From the NCBI GenBank assembly GCA_964016885.1, contig OZ024743.1, forward strand, positions 64,356,001 through 64,420,000: a DNA stretch of 64,000 nt. The letters run 5' to 3'. Origin of the DNA: Eledone cirrhosa (lineage: Eukaryota). Position numbers and translations under genes: made by a program. Positions 55,317-64,000 of the stretch are shown one piece after another. Numbering within the stretch: the first letter of the stretch is position 1; each line of letters starts with the position of its first letter. The notes under the pieces were generated by a model. The model saw only the letters and a list, made by a program, of their open reading frames with translations, was not told the origin of the DNA and made no database searches.

Positions 55317-55349
55317 CACCTGAAGAAGGCTTATGCCCGAAACGTCGTT
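55317..55349 (+). ncRNA. Minimal Penelope-type HHR in pLTR 55300-55440
   Basis: CTGAAGA-AGGCTTATGCCC-GAAAC-GTC, followed by AATAAA and (TA)n. Confidence 0.72.
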
Positions 55350-55434
55350 CCCCACCACCACCCCACTCTCAAGAGCGTGAATCTAATAAACCTTTGTTCG
55401 TACTGCCTCTCTGTTTTGTTCCCGTTCAATATTT

Positions 55435-55472
<38 letters not shown>

Positions 55473-55911
55473 CATTTATAAAAAAAAAAAAAAGCCTCTG
55501 TGAGCCAAATTTTAAGTAAAAAGAAATTCAAACAAACTGGCGCGAAAGCTGATGTGCTTATTCACGTGACTGCATCAACCAACCAAACTTCACTCATATA
55601 TGAAAAAACAACCTGAGTCCCCCCTCCCTTGTTTGAAGAACTTTGTAACGCGAACTGGCGCGAGAGTTATATCCACCAACCAATCAAATTACTTCTCTAA
55701 AAACCTGGCGTTTCGAGCCACTTTTTTCCATATAAAACAAGTAACATTCAAAGACCAACCAGATGTGATAAAAACCACAGACCCTCCATCTCAACTCTAC
55801 TTTTGAAAAGCAGAAGAACTGCGAAACCGGTAAAAGAACCAAATAAATATATATATTTAAAAAAAAAAGACTCCAGTTGCATTTTCGATTTCATCTTTTT
55901 CCCCTTTATAT

Positions 55912-56858
55912 ATTTCTTCTAAGTTTAATTTTACTACTAATTATGTGTGGTTGATAGTATATTTGATCGGATTCTGCATGCTGCTGAAATGTTTGATAAA
56001 TAGTGGAACGGAGCCGCCGCGAAGAGGCTACGATCAATTGCTTGTCAGAGATTTCCCCGTAAGAAAGTTTATTCTTAAAGCTTGCTAGATTTGATTTTGT
56101 ATATGGTTAATTATGCTGATTAGAAGAAGAAATAGTATATATTTTAATATCTGATTGATTCTATAGACATGATTTATGATATAATGCTCTGATTTTTTTA
56201 TTTTAATTTATTAATTCTTCATTGAGCTTAAAAGTGAACAGTTGCAACATATATATATCTTTAATTTAATTTTATGTATATGATAACCTTTATATTTAAT
56301 AATCTCCCAATGGGTTGAGATTAAATTTGGCGATATATGGCTGCGCTTTCTAGCAGCAAGCCTACCCGCCGTAAGCAACCAATCACACGCTTTCTCTCTG
56401 GCTGGTACACAGCTACATAGCGATCTTAGCCATTTTTTAATCTAAATTTGGCGCGGTCGGTTTGAGAAACTAAATGTCTGATTTTGAGTTTATCTCCTGA
56501 TGAAACCTAACTCTGGAAATCCATATTATTTGGATGTCCTAAATAAGGAAGAAACCATGGTAGAGATATAATTACGGTATGTGCGCATTTCTTCTAAGTT
56601 TAATTTTACTACTAATTATGTGTGGTTGATAGTATATTTGATCGGATTCTGCATGCTGCCGAAATGTTTGATAAATAGTGGAACGGAGCCGCCGCGAAGA
56701 GGCTACGATCAATTGCTTGTCAGAGATTTCCCCGTAAGAAAATTTATTCTTAAAGCTTGCTAGATTTGATTTTGTATATGGTTAATTATGCTGATTAGAA
56801 GAAGAAATAGTATATATTTTAATATCTGATTGATTCTATAGACATGATTTATGATATA
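55912..56858 (+). mobile_element. Terminally redundant non-coding element (period 675 bp, 272-bp direct repeat) with HHR
   Basis: 55912-56183 matches 56587-56858; ends in (TA)n. Confidence 0.85.
56491..56568 (+). ncRNA. Type I HHR with palindromic stem III
   Basis: TATCTC-CTGATGA-..-GAAA-CCATGG-TA-GAGATA; base of helix II imperfect. Confidence 0.7.
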
Positions 56859-56881
56859 TATATATAGATAGATATATATTA

Positions 56882-57135
56882 ATTTATTAAAATAACAGAT
56901 TAAAGTTTAAGCAAAGAATCGCTGCTTTCACCCTTAACGGGATCTTCTGAAACTAACTTTGCCCGGGAACGTTTCCACGAACCAAAGTATCGTCTTCCTG
57001 TCTTCCTCCGGTTGCAACGTTTTTTGAAATATTCACTTCTGCGTTCACAGATTGACTTTGTTAGTTTCAGAAGATCCCGTTAAGGGTGAAAGCAGCGATT
57101 CTTTACTTAAACTTTAATCTGTTATTTTAATAAAT
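56882..57135. repeat. 76-bp inverted repeat around a ~100-bp spacer
   Basis: 56882-56957 versus 57060-57135. Confidence 0.85.
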
Positions 57136-57236
57136 ATTTGCTCTACGGTTCATATATATTTGATATATATTTATCCTTATCGAGCCCTCTTTGGATTTTA
57201 GTCTTCAAATTTATTATTATTATTATTATTATTATT

Positions 57237-57354
57237 CCTTGAGTCTCAGTCATTGATGTTAGTTAACTGGAAAGTCCGTTGGAATGAATATCAAGCCACT
57301 ACCTGCAGCCTCAGATATTCAGGACGTATCGGAGGGTTCTTGCTGTTCCCAGCA

Positions 57355-57355
<1 letters not shown>
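57237..57355 (-). mobile_element. Severely truncated second Dong-like insertion in (TAA)n
   Basis: Matches the last ~120 bp of 57415-58648 with several substitutions. Confidence 0.85.
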
Positions 57356-57414
<59 letters not shown>

Positions 57415-58647
57415 GTTCTTTGAGGCTCAGTCATTGATGTTAGTTAACTGGAAAGTTTGTTGAAATGAATATCAAGCCACTACCTGCAACCTCAGATATT
57501 CAGGACGTATCGGAGGGTTCTTGCTGTTCCCAGCAAGCATGCCTTTTGAAGCGTTCCAAAAAGCGTGAAGGGGCCAATTTTCTTTAACCATCCCTGGAAA
57601 CTTTTTGAGATAGTCCCTAGTGCGCCTATGACAATCGGGATAACTTTGACTTCATGGCAGTTCCAAATCCTTTTTACCTCCCACTTTAAGTCCTGGTATC
57701 GGTTAATTTTCTCCCTCTCCTTCTCTTGCACTCGCGTCTCGAATGGGCAGGCCACATCCACAATCAGGCACGATCTTTTTTCTTTGTCCAAAACCACCAG
57801 GTCAGGTCTATTGTGTTCCAGTTTCTTGTCCGTCTGTATCCTAAAATCCCACAGCACCTTCACCTGATCGTTTTCTATCACCGCCTCTGGCTTATGCTCA
57901 TACCACTTCTCAGAATGTGGGAACTTGTTTACTTTGCATAGGTGCCAGTGGATCACCCTGCCCATCACATCATGTCTCCAGCCCTTATAGTGAGTCTGGG
58001 CTAGGTGTTTACACTCGGATACAATGTGAGCCACAGTCTCCTCTCTCTCTCCACAGATCCTGCACAGTGGGCTAGCCTCCTCCTTGTAAATGTGGTGTTT
58101 CAACCACTTCGTTTTGAGGGCCTGCTCCTGCGCAGCCATTAACATTCCTTCTGTAGCCTTTTTAAGGTCTCCTCTTTTCAACCAGTTCCATGTCTGTGGA
58201 TCTCTAAATTCAGTTTTCTCAAAGAAGGTACTATGAAAGGATTTTTCCTGAAGGCTGCTCTTTCTCCTTGATGTTATTTCCTCCTTCGACATGCCCCTGG
58301 CCTATTGTCCCCTCCTTCAGTACAGCTCTGAGCATTGGCTCCTTACTATCAGTCACGTATTTGTGTAGGTTGTTTTTCTCCATCTGAACACAGTCCTCTA
58401 TGCTGATAAGACCTCTTCCACCCTCAGATCTCTTAAAGTAGAGTCTATCGACATCACTCCTCTTGTGGAACATATTGTAGATAGTCAATAGCTTCCTAGT
58501 CTTCCTATCCATTTCTTTTTGTTCAGCAACATTCCATCTCAGAATTCCCGCACTGTACCTAATAATAGACACAGCTCGGGAATTTACTGCACTTATGGCA
58601 TTCCTACTGTTCAGATGTGACTTTAATACGCTCCTTACTCTCCGAAG

Positions 58648-58648
<1 letters not shown>
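57415..58648 (-). mobile_element. 5'-truncated R4/Dong-like RLE retrotransposon in (TAA)n
   Basis: DVDRLYFKRSEGGRGL, CRICGEREETVAHIVSEC, RHD, WDFRIQTD..HNRPDLVV..DVACP..EK..Y; one frameshift near 58260; (TAA)n at both junctions. Confidence 0.95.
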
Positions 58649-58730
<82 letters not shown>

Positions 58731-58735
58731 ATTAT

Positions 58736-58796
<61 letters not shown>

Positions 58797-58805
58797 TAGA
58801 TAGAT

Positions 58806-59512
58806 AATTAGTACATCTACCAACATATGTGTACAGATGTACACTCATGCTAGCAAATATATAAGTTATGTCTTAGTACCTATGTGGTTCTATGCAGGTG
58901 AATGCAGAACAATTATATGAAAGACGTAAAATATGAAAATTTTAAAAATTAAAAATCAACTTACTTACTAAAATTTTCACTCCAACTAATTAGTTTCTGT
59001 AATGAGATAAATATAGTTACATAAATAATATATATAACTATAGAGAATTCATTACGTCATCAGGGAGTCTATTCTCAGCTAAGTTCCCAGGCAATGCGCG
59101 AACACTAGGAACCCATATAAAAATAATAATTCAGTAGATGGAATGAAGCTAACGAGGACTAAATTCCGGAGCACTGAAAAAATTTCACTGCCTCTGGTCA
59201 GTGGCAGATTATAAAGAATCAATCACGTGACACCGAGGTTAATCAGTTAGGAGCGGGGTGGTATTATGACAAGAGCCTATTACTACCATGAAACAGCAGT
59301 AAATTTTGGCAAGATTTGCTCAACAAATAATTTGGAGATAAATATAGAGAATTAGTACATCTACCAACATATGTGTACAGATGTACACTCATGCTAGCAA
59401 ATATATAAGTTATGTCTTAGTACCTATGTGGTTCTATGCAGGTGAATGCAGAACAATTATATGAAAGACTTAAAATAAGAAAATTTTAAAAATTAAAAAT
59501 CAACTTACTTAC

Positions 59513-59513
<1 letters not shown>
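58806..59513 (-). mobile_element. Terminally redundant non-coding element (period 544 bp, 164-bp direct repeat) with HHR
   Basis: 58806-58969 matches 59350-59513. Confidence 0.85.
58980..59067 (-). ncRNA. Type I HHR with palindromic stem III
   Basis: Minus strand CTCC-CTGATGA-CGTAATGA..TCATTACA-GAAA-CTAATTAG-TT-GGAG. Confidence 0.72.
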
Positions 59514-59560
<47 letters not shown>

Positions 59561-59563
<3 letters not shown>

Positions 59564-60167
59564 GAAAATCACTGACGAAGGACTATTTTTATCATATGTA
59601 ACCCACGTGCAAACCACGCAGTATTCTTCTTTCTTCTCATGTTTTTATATATATTTACCTCGGCTGCGTTTGTCTGTTTCTCTCTTACTGCTTCTCCGCT
59701 CTCTCTGTTTCTCTCACCTTCTTTCGCCTCCTCTGTCAGTTACACTTTCTCTCGACTGACCTCTTCCTCACACTTCCACTCACTCACTCTCTGTTTCTCC
59801 CCTTCTCACTTCCTCCCGTTTAGCTTGTGTGGGTATCTTCTTGCTTACATCTCACACACATCGAAACGGTCTGTACCTCTCTCGCTCATGAAATCTACCC
59901 AGCTTATGCTGACCGGACAACCATGTTGCTTATTTATTTTCCTATCTTCGGTTTGCTTTTATCCTTGTATGTTGTTTACTTGTCCCCCTCGCTTTACGCG
60001 AATTACTGGTCCCAATAACTTTTTTTAGTTATTGCTCGCACCAACCTGAGGTATCTGATTTTTAATGCGATGAAATACCAATGATGGTTAGAAAATCACT
60101 GACGAAGGACTATTTTTATCATATGTAACCCATGTGCAAACCACGCAGTATTCTCCTTTCTTCTCAT

Positions 60168-60171
<4 letters not shown>
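59561..60171 (+). mobile_element. Terminally redundant non-coding element (period 527 bp) carrying permuted HHR-like copy C
   Basis: 59561-59644 repeated at 60088-60171; (TA)n on both sides. Confidence 0.85.
60009..60110 (+). ncRNA. Candidate permuted hammerhead-like RNA (copy C, intact core)
   Basis: GTCC-hairpin-TCGCA-CCAAC-CTGA-GGTA-TC-TGATTTT-TAA-TGCGA-T-GAAA-TACC-AAT-GATG-GTTAG-AAAATCA-CTGACGA-A-GGAC. Confidence 0.6.
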
Positions 60172-60230
<59 letters not shown>

Positions 60231-60812
60231 TTAGTTAAGCAAAACAAGACCACAAATTTCACAAGGAAGACATTATTAAAAGATTGTCAACATATTTTAA
60301 GGAATGTAGAGAATGATAATAATAATATTAATAATAATAATAATTATTATTATTATTATTAATATTAATATTATTATCTCTACATTCCTTACATCAAACT
60401 AAAATATGTTGACAATCTTTTAATAATGTCTTCCTTGTGAAATTTGTGGTCTTGTTTTGCTTAACTAATGAATATTTCCAGCTCTGCGCGCCTAACCTCT
60501 GCATGAACCCAGCCACCTAGCTGCTTTCTACTGCATATTGCACATTGAGCACATGCCTTTACGCTTTGGCTTCTAACTAATTCACCAATCTCTCCTCTCC
60601 TATCTCCATCTCTCTCTTTAAGATTGGTTACTCTTGAACTGTGTATATATATATATTTCATTCTGAGGATTGAAAGCAAAATCTTTTGCTTTTAAGAAAC
60701 CACTGGTAAATGGAATAATTTCCTTATGTTGTTTATTACATAACTATTAAGCTCTGTTACCTACATAGAGCACTCTTTTTTCCTGGACTTTTCCGACGGA
60801 ATTACTTCACAC

Positions 60813-60848
<36 letters not shown>

Positions 60849-61286
60849 ATATATTATAGAAAAGCTTCTACACGACTAATGATTTCTCACGAATGAATGA
60901 AACAGTTCTAGTCCTGTAGAAGCTTTTCTATATTAAACATTTATACTCTGCTGTGTATTGAGTACCTTAATTACTGTGGTTACCTCCGATTAAATCCAGG
61001 ATAACTTATCTCTCTCTCTATATATATAGTAGTGAAAGAGTGAAGAATATCATGGTGGGCTGTACAAAAAGGGTTTTATAAAATCCTTTTTGTACAGCCG
61101 ACCATGTTATTCTTCAGTTTTTCATTATTATTACTCCAAGAATAACCTACATGGGAATTCTCACAAACTCGCTACCTAACTAAGGAAACCTCTTGTTGAG
61201 TCAAACAACGTCATACGTTAAAACTATCCGTAATACAGAGTTCTCACAACCTCTAACTGGATTACCTGAAACGATAACTTGTTATC

Positions 61287-61374
<88 letters not shown>

Positions 61375-61478
61375 CACACACACGCATATATATATATATA
61401 TAATACACACACGCGTATATATTTTCGTTCCTTCCTCTTATCTTTACCTTTCTATTTTATCTTTTATTTTTAACTCTA

Positions 61479-61514
61479 TCTTCTGATGAAGAACTAATGT
61501 CCGAAACGTTAAGA
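61479..61514 (+). ncRNA. Minimal Penelope-type HHR
   Basis: TCTT-CTGATGA-AGAACTAATGTCC-GAAAC-GTT-AAGA. Confidence 0.65.
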
Positions 61515-61820
61515 CTCTTTTCCTGTTATTTCAAGCGTTAAATTAATATATTTCTTCAGTGTAATGTGTCGTCTGCTTTGTTATTTCTGTTTACTTTTTA
61601 CACACATGTATATATATATATAAGAAAAGTCAAGGAAAATAACATAGGAGAACAACGCAACAGAATGATGATTTATATTTAACGCTTTATAAAATTTGAA
61701 AAAAAGTCTTTATGTTTCGGACGTTATATCGTCATCGGAAAACAGAATGAGAAAGGTATGTATGTATGTATGTATGTATGTATGTATGTATGTATGTATG
61801 TATGTATGTATGTATGTATG

Positions 61821-64000
61821 TTTTCTCTTTCTCTTAATTTCGAGTATATTTTTTTGACCGGCCACCTTCCTGGTGGCAAGGTTGTAAAAGAAAAGAAATT
61901 GTCATCCCTTGAATCGCAAGAATGTTTTGCAAATTTTGAAGGTGCCAGCTATCGCAGCCATTTGTAGACTATGAATTAGGGAGCTGCGCTTTTTGTACGC
62001 AAATCCAAGTTCAGTCATACTTTGGTTCAAGCGGGTTGGTATATAACCCGTAGCACCAATAATGATGGGTATGAAGCTAAAGGTGTATCTTGGATACTGG
62101 ATTTGTAAACTCCTCATCAATGGTCCGTAGATGTCCTCCTTCTCCTGTAATTTTCTGACAACGTTGACATCAAGTGGGCAGCTGATCTCCACAACAGAAC
62201 ACGTTTTCAATGTGTGGTCCCAAACTACAATATCAGGCCGGTTGTGCTTTAATTTGGTGGCAGTTTTTATTTTCAGGTTCCACCAGTATTCCTTAGTGCC
62301 ATCTGTCTCAATATATTCTTCCTCGTTTGTTGTTAATTTTGTTTTCCGAAGTGCGTTCCAGATGGTTCTAGCTATCCCATCGTGTCTCATGGGGAGGTAG
62401 TAGCGAGATGACATTCTTTCGCAGCTGGCAACAATGTGGCTTACATCCTCGATCTTTGTTTTACATAGCCTACATTTATTGTCTGTATGTATGTATGTAT
62501 GTATGTATGTATGTATGTATGTATGTATGTATGTATGTATGTATGTATGTATGTATGTATGTATGTATGTCGGGTCACACTTGAGTGCTACTGGTAACAT
62601 GTAACCCAGTACAACCTGTTGCATGGTCAGGTCGTCGGCTACTAAACCGGCAACCCCACCAGGTTTACTTGGTGAGGGAGATTTTGGCCACCCTGCAAGA
62701 CATAAAGCAAAACTTGACAAATGGCGGAAGAACTCATAAGAGTCAACGGCCACCCAAAAATGTGTAAATATGTATGTATGTTTATCTCTTTCTTTTAATT
62801 TCGAGTATATTTTTGACCGGCCACCTTCCTGGTGGCAAGGTTTTAAAAGAAAAGAAGTTGTCATCCCTTGAATCGCAAGAATGTTTTGCAAATTTTGAAG
62901 GTGCCAGCTATCGCAGCCATTTGTAGACTATGAATTAGGGAGCTGCGCTCTTTGTCCGCAAATCCAAGTTCAGTTATACATTGGTCCAAGCGGGTTGGTA
63001 TATAACCCGTAGCTCCAATAATGATGGGTATGAAGCTAAAGGTGTATCTTGGATACTGGATTTGTAAACTCCTCATCAATGGTCCGTAGATGTCCTCCTT
63101 CTCTTGTATTTTTCTGACAACGTTTATATCAAGTGGGCAGCTGATCTCCACAACAGAACACGTTTTCAATGTATGGTCCCAAACAACAATATCAGGCCGG
63201 TTGTGCTTTAATTTGGTGGCAGTTTTTATTTTCAGGTTCCACCAGTATTCTTTAGTGCCATCTGTCTCAATATATCCTTCCTCGTTTGTTTTTAATTTTG
63301 TTTTCCGAAGTGGTTCCAGATGGTTCTAGCTATCCCATCGTGTCTCATGGGGAGGTAGTAGCGAGATGACATTCTTTCGCAGCTGGCAACAATGTGGCTT
63401 ACATCCTCGATCTTTGTTTTACATAGCCTACATTTATTGTCTGTATGTATGTATGTATGTATGTATGTATGTATGTATGTATGTATGTATGTATGTATGT
63501 ATGTATGTATGTATGTATGTATGTATGTCGGGTCACACTTGAGTGCTACTGGTAACATGTAACCCAGTACAACCTGTTGCATGGTCAGGTCGTCGGCTAC
63601 TAAACCGGCAACCCCACCAGGTTTACTTGGTGAGGGAGATTTTGGCCACCCTGCAAGACATAAAGCAAAACTTGACAAATGGCGGAAGAACTCATAAGAG
63701 TCAACGGCCACCCAAAAATGTGTAAATATGTATGTATGTTTATCTCTTTCTTTTAATTTCGAGTATATTTTTGACCGGCCACCTTCCTGGTGGCAAGGTT
63801 TTAAAAGAAAAGAAGTTGTCATCCCTTGAATCGCAAGAATGTTTTGCAAATTTTGAAGGTGCCAGCTATCGCAGCCATTTGTAGACTATGAATTAGGGAG
63901 CTGCGCTCTTTGTCCGCAAATCCAAGTTCAGTTATACATTGGTCCAAGCGGGTTGGTATATAACCCGTAGCTCCAATAATGATGGGTATGAAGCTAAAGG
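61821..64000 (-). mobile_element. Tandem array (period ~958 bp) of truncated R4/Dong-like RLE ends plus a structured module in (CATA)n; runs off the window
   Basis: CRLCKTKIEDVSHIVASC..RHD..HNRPDIVVWD..VEISCP..EK..YG; RLE parts 61821-62483, 62781-63441, 63739-64000; modules 62571-62768 and 63529-63726. Confidence 0.93.

Noticed and set aside
57060-57100. Hammerhead in the inverted repeat (CAGAAGA..GAAA)
   Set aside because: Core is mutated and there is no NUH or helix I pairing.
59880-59930. SECIS element in the 527-bp element
   Set aside because: ATGA is present but the AA and GA spacing and helix geometry do not fit, and there is no ORF.
62571-62690. HDV-like ribozyme in the structured module
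   Set aside because: I could not assign P1 and P1.1 consistently in both diverged copies by hand.

Overview
AT-rich, microsatellite-saturated eukaryotic DNA. The dominant tRNA-derived SINE resembles octopod (cephalopod) SINEs; this is recognition from memory, not a database result. No host protein gene can be called confidently, and most ORFs in the track are translations of simple repeats. Recognisable coding remnants are all mobile: R4/Dong-like RLE retrotransposons in (CATA)n and (TAA)n, a CRE-like RLE end in (CA)n, an RTE tail, a Penelope-like GIY-YIG C-terminus and a deleted Helitron. The main hidden layer is RNA-structural, with roughly 30 hammerhead ribozyme (HHR) motifs found by eye. 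These include a 13.6-copy, 310-bp retrozyme-like array with one type I HHR per unit, and three families of terminally redundant non-coding elements whose 5' ends fall just downstream of their own predicted cleavage site. The best novelty candidate is present in three covarying copies (25.0, 29.0, 60.0 kb). It has all hammerhead core strands, but in an order (NUH -> GAAA -> CUGANGA) that is not a circular permutation of types I/II/III, with a box C/D-like kink-turn that could allow the pseudoknotted fold. All folds were paired by hand and none is tested.
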